A stretch of 64,000 nucleotides of DNA from a virus. Lineage: Duplodnaviria > Caudoviricetes. The notes under the pieces are model-generated. The model did no database searches. It worked only from the letters and a program-made list of their open reading frames with translations, and was not told where the DNA came from. Each line of letters begins with the position of its first letter. The stretch's first letter is position 1. Below are positions 1-8,692 of this stretch, one piece after another. A program made the position numbers and the translations under genes. The DNA lies in the IMG/VR virus record IMGVR_UViG_3300026766_000001, positions 24,336-88,335 of that record. One strand, 5' to 3'.

Positions 1-2460
1 TCGCATCGCCTCGGTCGAGCCCGTGAGGGCTTCCTGAAGTTTCATCTCGCCGTCGGCGAAGGCGGTGTCGGACTGCTCGGTCTGCTCCCGCAGGGTTTTG
101 TTGACCTCCTGCTGGCGAGCCCACCGCTGCTCGGTCGCGATCAGTTCTTCGATCTTGCGACGCAGAATCTCGCGCTTCTCCGCGCTCATCTTGTGGAGGG
201 CGGCCACCTCGTTGAGGGCGGTCGCTTCGCGATCGAGCACGTCGGTAGCCGCCTTAACGGTCGCGGATCCATAGATTTCGGCTTCCGCAAGAACCTTGCG
301 CTTCTTGATCGCCAGCTCGTGCTTCTCGATCAGGTCGGCCACTTTCTGGCCGAGCTTGTCGGTCTCGTCGGCCATCGTCTTCGTTTTCTTGGCGCCCTTG
401 TCGAGCTCCACTTGCAGCAGCGCAAGCGCCTCCTTGGAGTGCTGAAATTCGATCGCTTCGGTCCGTCCAGCCTGCGCGAGCCTTTGAGCCGCCTGCTCGG
501 CAGCCCTGAGCTTGACGACGGCTTGGTCCGGCACGAGGTGGGCCACCATGCCCTCCCCGGTCCGCTCCCAAACGGTCTGCGTCGGACCGTGGCCGGCCGC
601 GGCGGCGCGCGCTGCTTCGAGCACGTCGAGCGAGGCAACGTATTGCGCGTTGTGCTGAAGGATCAACGCCTGGCGGTTCGCCAAGGCCGCCTTCTCGTTG
701 TCGATGAACGCCTGCGTCTGGCTTCTCAAGGTGTCAATGTCGCGGTCCCGGGCCTCCCGGGCGAGGTCGACGACGCGCTTCTCGTCCGCGGTCCCACGCG
801 CGGATAGGCGCCGGGCCTCGTACAAGCGCTGGATCGCCGCCAGTTCGTATCCATAGGAGCCGGGGCCGGTCGCAAGGACCGTCTCCCCTACTGCCGCCGC
901 AGCGCGTACGCCGTGAAATCGTTGCTTGCTCTTGGTGACCGTGTCGTACTGCTCGCGCAGTTTGGCCAAGGCGACGGAGTCCTGGTTGGCTCGGGCGACC
1001 TCCTCCAGATACTGCTCGTTCTGTTGGCGCGAGACGTCGATCAGGTGGCGAATCCAGACCACCAGGCCGGCGATGGCTACCGCTGCGATCGCATACGGGT
1101 TGAGCAAGAGCGCCGCGTTCATGCCGAGGATTCGAAGCTCTGCCAGTGCAGCAGCGGCACCCATCTCGATGATCTTGAGGGTCACCGAATACAGCCACGC
1201 GGCAACCTGCAGGGCCATCAGGGCGACGATGGCGTCCCGCAGGAGGCGCCAGTTCTTTACGAACCAGACGAGCAGGTCGATCGCCGCTTTGATCAAGCTC
1301 GCCAGTTTTTGACCGAGGGCGGCGGAGGCGTGCGCCGCCATTTCGTTGAATAGATCGGTGATCTCGCGCAGCCCGTCGGCGATGGCTGCCGTTGCGCCGC
1401 CCTGGCCGACCTGGTCTGCGAAATTGGAGAAGGCGTCCTTGAGGTTGGACAGCGCGCCGGCGGCGCTCTTGGATTGGCGCTCCATGCCGCCGGCGAACTC
1501 AGTCTCGCCGATTTTTGCAAGGTAACCCACGATGGCGTCGGTGTCGCGCTTCATCGTGGTCGTGACACCGTGGAAGGTAAAACTGATCTGTTGCCCCTGA
1601 ATATGGGCTACGATACCGAACCGCTTCAACATTTCGGTTTCGCCGGTCGCCGCACCGATCACGGCCTGCGTGTAATCGGTGATGTCGCGGCCAAACGCGC
1701 TGGCCGTGTCACCCAGGGCGCGCAACAACCTCTCGGTTGGCGCGATGCCCACCGCAGACAGCATGGTAAAGGCGGTCGTAATATTCTGAACCTCGAAGGG
1801 CGTGGTGATCGCGAACCGCTTTATCATGTCGAAGGCGGCCGCGGCGGACTCGGCGGAGCCCGTCACGGTACGTAGTTGGAGACGTAGCTGCTCGAATTCG
1901 GTCGCCTTGACCACAACGGCTGTGATACCGGCCACCACCAGGGTGAAGGCCGCGGCAAGACCGATCAAAAGAGGGCGAATAGACGACGTCGCCTCTGCCG
2001 TCGCGCGCTGGCTCTTGTTGAGGCGATCGTGCTCGGCCGTCGCCTTGGCGATGCTCTCCTTGTAGGCGGCTTGCGCGCGAGCGTTCGCCTCGAGCTGTCG
2101 GTGTTCGGCGCTACCCAGGGCGATGCCAGCGCGAATGGCCTCGTTCTCGGCCGCTACCGCCGTCTGCATTTTTCGGTAGGCTTCCGCGGACATCTGCGCC
2201 GCGAGGGAGAGGCGACGCAACTGATCGGTCTCCCGGTTGCTCGCGGCGATGGCCGCCGCCTGCGCATGGAGCATGCGCTCCATGGTCGCGAGAGCCTGCC
2301 TCTGCGCCGTGCTCAACTCGGACGTCGCGCGGGCGGCTTGGCGCTCCCCGTCAGCGAGATGCCGAGCACCCTCGCCACCCTGACGCATCTCGGTGGCAGC
2401 TCGGCTTACGCCGAGGTTCTCGGTGCCAAGCCTCAGGTTGATGCGGAGGTCACTTGCCAT
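1..2460 (-). CDS. Tail tape measure protein (3' end truncated by window edge)
   Basis: Open frame from ATG 2460 (MASDLRINLRLG...) to position 1, absent from the ORF track because it has no stop. It is Ala-rich and helical with the tape-measure motif KATEFEQLRLQLRTVTGSAESAAAAFDMIKRFAITTPFEV, and follows the tail chaperones. Confidence 0.93.
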   Translation of the reverse strand, partial: MASDLRINLRLGTENLGVSRAATEMRQGGEGARHLADGERQAARATSELSTAQRQALATMERMLHAQAAAIAASNRETDQLRRLSLAAQMSAEAYRKMQTAVAAENEAIRAGIALGSAEHRQLEANARAQAAYKESIAKATAEHDRLNKSQRATAEATSSIRPLLIGLAAAFTLVVAGITAVVVKATEFEQLRLQLRTVTGSAESAAAAFDMIKRFAITTPFEVQNITTAFTMLSAVGIAPTERLLRALGDTASAFGRDITDYTQAVIGAATGETEMLKRFGIVAHIQGQQISFTFHGVTTTMKRDTDAIVGYLAKIGETEFAGGMERQSKSAAGALSNLKDAFSNFADQVGQGGATAAIADGLREITDLFNEMAAHASAALGQKLASLIKAAIDLLVWFVKNWRLLRDAIVALMALQVAAWLYSVTLKIIEMGAAAALAELRILGMNAALLLNPYAIAAVAIAGLVVWIRHLIDVSRQQNEQYLEEVARANQDSVALAKLREQYDTVTKSKQRFHGVRAAAAVGETVLATGPGSYGYELAAIQRLYEARRLSARGTADEKRVVDLAREARDRDIDTLRSQTQAFIDNEKAALANRQALILQHNAQYVASLDVLEAARAAAAGHGPTQTVWERTGEGMVAHLVPDQAVVKLRAAEQAAQRLAQAGRTEAIEFQHSKEALALLQVELDKGAKKTKTMADETDKLGQKVADLIEKHELAIKKRKVLAEAEIYGSATVKAATDVLDREATALNEVAALHKMSAEKREILRRKIEELIATEQRWARQQEVNKTLREQTEQSDTAFADGEMKLQEALTGSTEAMR

Positions 2461-3040
2461 CGGAGTCCCCCGCGGTTTTCATTTGCTCAGAATGGTAAGC
2501 GGCGCGCTCGTTAGCGATCGCGAGGACTAACTCTTCCCAGAAGAGCAGTTCCGCGGGCTCGACCACTCCGTGGCGTCGCAGAAACGCCTCGAAGTCAACG
2601 CCCAGGAGAACCGCGCCGTTCTCGTCGTGGGGAAGCCGGCCCTCCACCTCCCAGACCACCATCAACTCCCAGGACAGCGCAGGGACCGTCTTCGGATCGC
2701 CGTCTTCGTCCTCTGCGTCCTCGCCGTAGAGCAACTTTTCCATGGTGAGGACGTGGAGCGTGACGGGTTCCCCCGAGGAGTGCCGGGCCGTGGCAGGGCA
2801 GCGAGTGAGGTCGAAGGCAAGCCCGCAGGCGTGGCATTCTCCTTCCTCCTCGCATTTCCGACCGCAGCTCGGGCACTCCTCGGGGTCCCAAATAGCTCCA
2901 CACCCGTCACAGATCAGCTTGCCGGCGTCGCGGACGAAGGCGTCGCGTTCGTCTCGGGACCGACTGAGCCAGTCTGCGTGGACCCAGCGGGTGTAGGCGC
3001 TGAGTCCGATTGGGCGTTTTCCGCTCCCTCGGTGAACCAC
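2450..3040 (-). CDS. Tail assembly chaperone T segment (probable -1 frameshift extension of G), Cys-rich
   Basis: Overlaps G in the -1 frame, lies directly before the tape measure gene, and has a slippery-like G GAA AAC at 3022-3016. Confidence 0.7.
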   Translation of the reverse strand: MVHRGSGKRPIGLSAYTRWVHADWLSRSRDERDAFVRDAGKLICDGCGAIWDPEECPSCGRKCEEEGECHACGLAFDLTRCPATARHSSGEPVTLHVLTMEKLLYGEDAEDEDGDPKTVPALSWELMVVWEVEGRLPHDENGAVLLGVDFEAFLRRHGVVEPAELLFWEELVLAIANERAAYHSEQMKTAGDSDGK

Positions 3041-3663
3041 TCGGCCGACAAGCGGGCCCCGTCCTCAATCCAGTTGGCCATCGCGTCGCCGAAGCGCTGG
3101 CCCAGGTAGGGATTCGGGACCTTAAAGCCGTCCTCCATCCGCGGCGACCAGGCTCGAGTCGCGGGACTCCAGTCCAGCAGGAATTCGTTGGTGATGACCA
3201 ACTCGTGGCCATCCGCGTCCTCATTGTAAAGAAGCACCCACAGCCGCGTCTGCGCGTCCGACAGAGATCCCTCGTCCAGGTCGAGCCCCTCGCCGCCCTT
3301 CCAAAGAATGTCGGCGATCGCCGCTTTGCGAGCCCTGAGGTTTTCCTCGCGCTTCGCGGGGTCGAGGATGGCAGCCTCGGCCTCCTCCATCATGTCCACG
3401 ATGGCGGCGGTCTCGGAGCCCTTCTTCTTGCGGAAGCCGCGGCGCCCCTCGGCCAGTTCCTGCAGCCGCTTCTGGCGGCGCTTCTTGACGTCTGGATCGG
3501 AGAGGGCAGCTTGGGCCTCCCACTCCTCCCAAGACCGGTGATTCGAGCGAAGCACCTCGACGGAGAAGGGCTTCTCTCCGTCGTCGATGCCGAATGGGTT
3601 GGTGATAATCCGCGTGTCCTGCGCGATGCGCTGGACGTGTCCCCCGAGATGGCCTAGTCGAAT
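2914..3663 (-). CDS. Tail assembly chaperone G
   Basis: Lies between tail tube and tape measure. The frame is open from an ATT at 3663 that follows GGAGG; the first GTG is at 3555. Confidence 0.7.
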   Translation of the reverse strand: MRLGHLGGHVQRIAQDTRIITNPFGIDDGEKPFSVEVLRSNHRSWEEWEAQAALSDPDVKKRRQKRLQELAEGRRGFRKKKGSETAAIVDMMEEAEAAILDPAKREENLRARKAAIADILWKGGEGLDLDEGSLSDAQTRLWVLLYNEDADGHELVITNEFLLDWSPATRAWSPRMEDGFKVPNPYLGQRFGDAMANWIEDGARLSAEWFTEGAENAQSDSAPTPAGSTQTGSVGPETNATPSSATPAS

Positions 3664-3701
3664 AGGTCCCTCCGTTTCTCTGGTTATTGGCTACCGACCG
3701 A

Positions 3702-4142
3702 TCAGACCAAGATCGTGACGGCGCCGGCCTTCGTGATCGTGACTTGCCCCTGGACGATCCAGGTGACGTCGATGGTTGGGGTGGTGTTCTTTTCTCCGAA
3801 GAGCATGCCCAGGTCGTCGATCTTCACCGCGAAGGTGTACGACGGCTCGTCGTCGGTGACCGCCCCGCTGGTGTGCTTGAAGACGAAGGTGTCGTTCCCG
3901 TCCCCGTTGAAAGCGGTCACCATGGCCGCCTCGAACTCGGTGAAGTTCTTGGATCGAAAGAACGTCACCTGTGCCTCGTGCTTCGAGGTGCCCTTCTCGG
4001 TGGCGTCCCCGAGGTCCTCGTAGGAGGGATCCTCGATCCGCACGCGGGTGAGTTTGAGGGTGAGCTTGCGTACCCATTTCGAGATGTCGGCAGCGTTCAG
4101 GGTGACGACCGGGTTCCGGATCACCCTCTTTTCGTTCGCCAT
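3702..4142 (-). CDS. Tail tube (major tail) protein, 146 aa
   Basis: MANEKRVIRNPVVTLNAADISKWVRKLTL... is a beta-rich siphovirus tail-tube pattern; SD AGGAGA precedes ATG 4142; synteny fits. Confidence 0.75.
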   Translation of the reverse strand: MANEKRVIRNPVVTLNAADISKWVRKLTLKLTRVRIEDPSYEDLGDATEKGTSKHEAQVTFFRSKNFTEFEAAMVTAFNGDGNDTFVFKHTSGAVTDDEPSYTFAVKIDDLGMLFGEKNTTPTIDVTWIVQGQVTITKAGAVTILV

Positions 4143-4183
4143 GAGGCGTTCTCCTTGCGGGCGGAGCCCGGTAGTTGCGGTGG

Positions 4184-4993
4184 TTACAGAATGCTCTTGT
4201 CGATCAAGTCGATGCCGCTCGCCGTTACGGCCGTTCCCGCCCCTGTGACGGTGATCCTTTCTCGCCAGAAGAGCTCGCCCGTCAAAGCCGCCACGTCGCC
4301 GTCCAACTGCTGCCAGGAACCGCCCGGGCCGAGCAGGGTAACGCTCGCGCCGACGATTGGCGTGGCCATGGCGGGGTCGCTGTCGTGGAGCAACTCGAAG
4401 AGCACGGACGTCCCCGAGAACCCAGGGGGATCCGCGAGTTGCGGAGTCCAGGCGAGGAGTTTGCCGGCCACGACCGCCCCCATGTTGAGGATCGGCGACA
4501 GAAACGGCCCACCGGCGGCGTTGTATGCCGTGGTCCCGAGGTTGGTCCACAGGAGCTTCCCGTAGTGGACCATGGAGCCGCCCCCGCCAAGGCCCGCCTC
4601 GAAGCTGCGCAGGGCTTTCTTCTCGTGCGGCAGGGTGAGCTCGTAGATCTTGGTGCGCATCATGACGACTCTGTCGCCAGAGGCCGAGACCGCTACCGGA
4701 GAACCGCCGGCCGCGCGCCGCATGTCCCCGTCGCGAAGCGCAAGGAGCGAGAACTGCGTGTCCAGGTCCTTCAGCTCGGTGAGCAGTTCGGTCTCCGCCG
4801 CGCTTCCAACGCCCGAGATGGTGGCCTCGTTGCCGTGGGACCCCTTGACCGTGTCCGCTCCGAGATCCTCGAAGGTCTCCGAATCCACGCGGTCCCTCTT
4901 CTTGGGGAGTCCGAGATTCCTCGCCGCTATCGAGATCCGGTAGCCGTTCAGGAAGACCGGAATGGATCGCAGGACGAATTTTTCATTCGCCAT
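4184..4993 (-). CDS. Second tail-tube-like protein with C-terminal extension, 269 aa
   Basis: N-terminal ~60 aa align by eye with the 3702-4142 product (MANEK.V.R..V.LN...IS.......D..T.EDLG....KG). Confidence 0.6.
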   Translation of the reverse strand: MANEKFVLRSIPVFLNGYRISIAARNLGLPKKRDRVDSETFEDLGADTVKGSHGNEATISGVGSAAETELLTELKDLDTQFSLLALRDGDMRRAAGGSPVAVSASGDRVVMMRTKIYELTLPHEKKALRSFEAGLGGGGSMVHYGKLLWTNLGTTAYNAAGGPFLSPILNMGAVVAGKLLAWTPQLADPPGFSGTSVLFELLHDSDPAMATPIVGASVTLLGPGGSWQQLDGDVAALTGELFWRERITVTGAGTAVTASGIDLIDKSIL

Positions 4994-5243
4994 CGGTCGC
5001 CTCCTTCGGCGCGATGGGCCGCGCCCTCGGCGCCGGTAGTTCGGCGGGGATTGCGGTCGCCGCCGAGGCAGCTGGCGGATGGGTAGCGGGCGGCGCTTTC
5101 ACGGGCGCGAAATAGCCCTCCCGCTCCAGCCACTCCTCGCGTACCTTGGCGACCCGGACGATTCCGGCGCCCGTTGCCGCCGGGTCGGAGGTGACGCGAG
5201 TGCCGGGTGGGTGCTTGAACCATGGCCTGGTGAGAGTCTTCAT
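4983..5243 (-). CDS. Small Pro/Ala-rich tail-region protein
   Basis: MKTLTRPWFKHPPG...; tightly packed between neighbours. Confidence 0.55.
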   Translation of the reverse strand: MKTLTRPWFKHPPGTRVTSDPAATGAGIVRVAKVREEWLEREGYFAPVKAPPATHPPAASAATAIPAELPAPRARPIAPKEATDGE

Positions 5244-5245
5244 CG

Positions 5246-5692
5246 TTAACCTCCAGAAAACGGGACGGAGAGGAGTTCCCCCATCCAATCGCCCACCTTC
5301 CCCATCCTCTGGACGAAGGCGTCCTCCGGAAACGCGGCCACCAGGTCGATGGCGTGGGTCGCTAGGTGCTGCCTGAGTTGCTTCAAGGCCTCGGAAGCCC
5401 GCCCGCGGCGCGCCCCTGTTTGGTACATCAGCTGGTAGCGGATGTACCCACGGAAGGCCGGCGGCACCGAGGAGTCGTAAACCGCCTCCACTGCGGTAAT
5501 CTCGTGCGCGTAAATCGCCCACATGGTCGGCTTCGCAACGTCGTTTCCCGGCCTGATCGCAGAAATGGCTTCGGCGCCGTCCTCGAACGAGCCGGCCCAC
5601 GAGCTAGTAACCGGTGAAGCCGGTGCCCAACCCTCCAGAGTGCTCGAGACCCAGGAGCGCACGTCGTCCTCCCAACCGTGGCCGTCGCTCAC
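5246..5692 (-). CDS. Tail terminator/completion protein (putative)
   Basis: 148 aa, located just upstream of the tail tube genes, with coupled start/stop. Confidence 0.6.
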   Translation of the reverse strand: MSDGHGWEDDVRSWVSSTLEGWAPASPVTSSWAGSFEDGAEAISAIRPGNDVAKPTMWAIYAHEITAVEAVYDSSVPPAFRGYIRYQLMYQTGARRGRASEALKQLRQHLATHAIDLVAAFPEDAFVQRMGKVGDWMGELLSVPFSGG

Positions 5693-6204
5693 AGTCCAAA
5701 CCTCGCTTCAACGGCGCGGATGGCGTCCTCTTCGATCTCGGCTGCGCGCGCCAAGATAGCCGCCATGGCCGGCCCGTAGATGCCGCTTGGCGCCTGGAGC
5801 GAACCGGCGGCCCGGCCGCGCGAGTCGACGTGCCGGCCGAGCTCCAGCACTCCCGCGTAGCTGTCGTCCGGCCGGCGGGCGTCTGCGGCGGCGTTGGCGA
5901 TAAAGAGAGGCGTCTCCAGGTTCGACGTCGTGCTTCCGGCGAGGACCGCGTCGATCTCGGCCGCACCGGGCACGGGAAAGCTGGTCGCGTTGGGCAAAAC
6001 CACGAACTCCGGATTGCCCAGCGATCCGCGATGAGACGCCCGATACTTGCCGGACGCCGCTGGCGAGAGGGCCACGATTTCCAGGAAGGCCGCGCGGAAG
6101 GCTCGGTTCTTGAGCTCCAGGGCGAGCTCGGCGAGCACCGCGGGGATGGTTTCCTCGAGGATCGAGGCCAACTGCTCGGGGGTGACGTCGCGCGTTGCCA
6201 TCAA
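5689..6204 (-). CDS. Neck/tail-completion protein, HK97 gp10-like
   Basis: IVALSPAASGKYRASH resembles the gp10-like SPV.TG.xR.S motif; synteny fits. Confidence 0.6.
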   Translation of the reverse strand: MMATRDVTPEQLASILEETIPAVLAELALELKNRAFRAAFLEIVALSPAASGKYRASHRGSLGNPEFVVLPNATSFPVPGAAEIDAVLAGSTTSNLETPLFIANAAADARRPDDSYAGVLELGRHVDSRGRAAGSLQAPSGIYGPAMAAILARAAEIEEDAIRAVEARFGL

Positions 6205-6452
6205 TGCCTCGTCGCCCTCAGGCCGTGCTCCTGAAGGATGCAGCCCATGTAGCAGATCTCGGAGACGACGACCTCTCCCAGGATGCTTTCCACGTAGGTG
6301 CGGCCTCCGTCCGGTAGACGCTTCACCACGAAAACGACAACACCCTCGACGTCGCCAGCCTGCAGGTCCTCCTGCAGGAGGGGGATCACGTCCTCGACGT
6401 GCGAGCAGTCCTTGCGGACCAAGCCGAGGAGCTTGCCGGTCGGCTCGCTCAA
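6201..6452 (-). CDS. Small hypothetical protein
   Basis: TTG start overlaps the upstream stop; MSEPTGKLLGLV... Confidence 0.5.
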   Translation of the reverse strand: MSEPTGKLLGLVRKDCSHVEDVIPLLQEDLQAGDVEGVVVFVVKRLPDGGRTYVESILGEVVVSEICYMGCILQEHGLRATRH

Positions 6453-6733
6453 GTGACCTCCGCCAGCGTCTGGTGCATCATCGCTTCGAGGCAGGACACG
6501 CCGCCGATGACGGCCAACCGGTTCTCCGTGCAGCCGTGCGTCCAACCCATCCCGATCTCGCCGCCTGGCTGAAGCGTGACGAAGCCAACCCCGAGGATGC
6601 GCCCCTCGCGGGCCTCGCCGAGCAGCCACTCCAAGCGCTCGACGGTGTCGTTATCGACGGCCGCAGCCTGGTCTCCCGCGGGGAAGTTGAGAAGGCGCGG
6701 ACCCGTGGCGGGAGGGGCGTTCAGCTCGCTCAT
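6449..6733 (-). CDS. Small hypothetical protein (alternative coupled start at 6835)
   Basis: SD GAGGAG precedes MSELNAPP; an in-frame ATG at 6835 overlaps the previous stop. Confidence 0.55.
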   Translation of the reverse strand: MSELNAPPATGPRLLNFPAGDQAAAVDNDTVERLEWLLGEAREGRILGVGFVTLQPGGEIGMGWTHGCTENRLAVIGGVSCLEAMMHQTLAEVT

Positions 6734-6831
6734 CGCCTGCTCCTCGCCGGCCACCTGCGCACGTTGCGCCTGCGCCAGCCCATCCAGGCGGTGAGCACCC
6801 GGATATAAACCTTTGGCGAGCCCTGTCGTCC

Positions 6832-7425
6832 TCATGGTCGCCCAACCTCCAGGTCCCAGGAGCCGCCCTCGGTCGCCGCGAAGCCGCTGACCCTGCCGAC
6901 CGCGCCATCCTTCAGTCGCCGGAACCCCATGTTCTGCCGGGGCGTGGTGGGCGCGTTGCGCTTCGGAACCGAGACGAGAAGCGTCGTTGCTCCTGCGGCG
7001 AAGCGGGCCATCTCGACCTCGGTCGCGTTCTGGCAAAAGCAGTCCTCAAATCTCCGTGTCGGCCCCTTGACCGCGACCACGTCGTCCTCGGCTACGTCCG
7101 CGGCGAGAGCCGGCGCCACGGGAACGGCCGTGATCACGTCGCCAGCCACCGCGACGCCCGACTGGACAACGTAATCCGCACCGCCGATCGTGAGCACCGA
7201 CCCCTTGCCGAGCAGGCCCGACAGCGTCGAGGAGTCCGCCAGGCGCAGAGAGATTGCCGTGGCCCCGGCGAGCGCTGAAGCCGCCATCACCAGGGACTCC
7301 GGGACGCGGCTCGAGGTAACCGCGATCAGTTCCAGCGGCTCGGTAAGCTCGATCGCCTCCGCGCCCAGCAGCCCGTGCAGCATGGGAACGGCCGCCACCA
7401 GCAAGGAGTTCAGGTCGTCGGCCAT
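6832..7425 (-). CDS. Head closure/head-tail joining protein (putative)
   Basis: 197 aa, in the head-closure position with a beta-rich C-terminus. Confidence 0.45.
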   Translation of the reverse strand: MADDLNSLLVAAVPMLHGLLGAEAIELTEPLELIAVTSSRVPESLVMAASALAGATAISLRLADSSTLSGLLGKGSVLTIGGADYVVQSGVAVAGDVITAVPVAPALAADVAEDDVVAVKGPTRRFEDCFCQNATEVEMARFAAGATTLLVSVPKRNAPTTPRQNMGFRRLKDGAVGRVSGFAATEGGSWDLEVGRP

Positions 7426-7428
7426 AGA

Positions 7429-8151
7429 TCAGCTCGTAGGCGCAACGAAGACCGTTGCGAATACCTCGCAGCGAATGACCCCCGCGCCCGGGGTCCCCGT
7501 GGTCGTAATGCGCAACTTAGCCGCGGCTGTCTGCGTCGGGCCGGCCGCGTCGGTGGCCACTCCCCCCTTCATGTGGTCGAGACCCACTGAGGTCGTCCCC
7601 GCCGCCATCGTCGCGTTCGCCGCGGAAAAGCGAGCCGCCGTGGTGCCATCGCCAACAACCCAAGCCGTGGCCGTCGTGATCGTGGTGGTGACCCGGCAGA
7701 CCACGGCGTGGACGATGGAGTTTGCCGGCAGGAGATTGGCCGAACTGTCGGTGGTGGCGCCGACGGTGCTCAAGGTGATCGACTCGGAATTTACGACTTC
7801 GGTAGCCGTCGCGCCGTTGGTGCCCACCACCTGGTTGATGGTAACGCACGACGCGGCGCCGGCGCCGTCGAACTGGATCACCTTGAGGGGCCCGGTGCAG
7901 TCGTTGGCGAGAGCCGAGAGACCGGTAGCCGGCAGGGCAGTTCCCCAGGAGAGGGAGTGGCAGACCTGCAGCGAGCCGTCCGTCGCACTGATCGCCGCGT
8001 AACCCTCAGTCGCCGCCGTGCAGGATCGGGCGCCGATCACGGCCGTGGTCGCCGGCTCGCGCCAACTGATCCATCCGAAGCGAGCGCGCTCTTGCGCGAG
8101 AACCGGCAAGGCGAATAGCAGCAGGGCCAGCGGCAGCATCTTGATCTTCAT
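7429..8151 (-). CDS. Signal-peptide-bearing, Thr/Ala-rich beta protein (possible virion decoration or exported protein)
   Basis: N-terminus MKIKMLPLALLLFALPVLA|Q has basic, hydrophobic and VLA cleavage segments; SD AGGAGA. Confidence 0.6.
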   Translation of the reverse strand: MKIKMLPLALLLFALPVLAQERARFGWISWREPATTAVIGARSCTAATEGYAAISATDGSLQVCHSLSWGTALPATGLSALANDCTGPLKVIQFDGAGAASCVTINQVVGTNGATATEVVNSESITLSTVGATTDSSANLLPANSIVHAVVCRVTTTITTATAWVVGDGTTAARFSAANATMAAGTTSVGLDHMKGGVATDAAGPTQTAAAKLRITTTGTPGAGVIRCEVFATVFVAPTS

Positions 8152-8161
8152 CGTGGTCTCC

Positions 8162-8692
8162 TTAAAGGGCGGGGATCATCGTCGAGATCAGCCGCCAGGC
8201 CTCTGGGTGATTGGTGGATAGAGAGTTCAAGTCCACGCCGGCGCGGAAGGATGCGCTCCCCGACCTCGAGGATAGCGACTGCAGGGTCGCGTTGGAGCCG
8301 CGCAACGGCATGAGCCGGCCGGCGGCGGACGCTTCCGCGAGGAGTCGGATCCCCTGGAGATACTCCTCGAGCAAATACTCCCCTTCGGGAAGGATCGCGT
8401 CGAGAAGCCGTCCGCGGGAGTCGTAGACCCCTTCGGCCGGAAAGATCAAGTGCTGTCCTAGCTGCCGTGGCCAGCACCGGACGTGGGGCCGGATCGCGTT
8501 CTCGGCCTCCTCGGTGGCGAGGAGCAGGGCCCGGTCGCGCTTAGGGTCTCCCGTCTCGTTGGTGAGGTTGGCGAAGCTGGTGAGCCCCCGCCGAACCAGC
8601 CACGCCGCGGCGTCGTCGACGTCCTCGTAGACCAGGGCCGTCGCCAGCCCCATCCCGTCCTCGATTTCCTCTTCGGCAAAGGCCATGCTCAC
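8162..8692 (-). CDS. Head-tail adaptor (DnaT-like/SPP1 gp15-like connector)
   Basis: Pattern EDG.G...A..Y.DV..A..W...RG; ALL.AT; Q.L.FP..G; position after the capsid region. Confidence 0.7.
   Translation of the reverse strand: MSMAFAEEEIEDGMGLATALVYEDVDDAAAWLVRRGLTSFANLTNETGDPKRDRALLLATEEAENAIRPHVRCWPRQLGQHLIFPAEGVYDSRGRLLDAILPEGEYLLEEYLQGIRLLAEASAAGRLMPLRGSNATLQSLSSRSGSASFRAGVDLNSLSTNHPEAWRLISTMIPAL

Noticed and set aside
65-2514. Plus-strand ORFs over the tape measure gene, and most overlapping ORFs elsewhere in the track
   Set aside because: They are high-GC shadow frames of real genes: Arg/Pro/Gly-rich, without motifs or SD.
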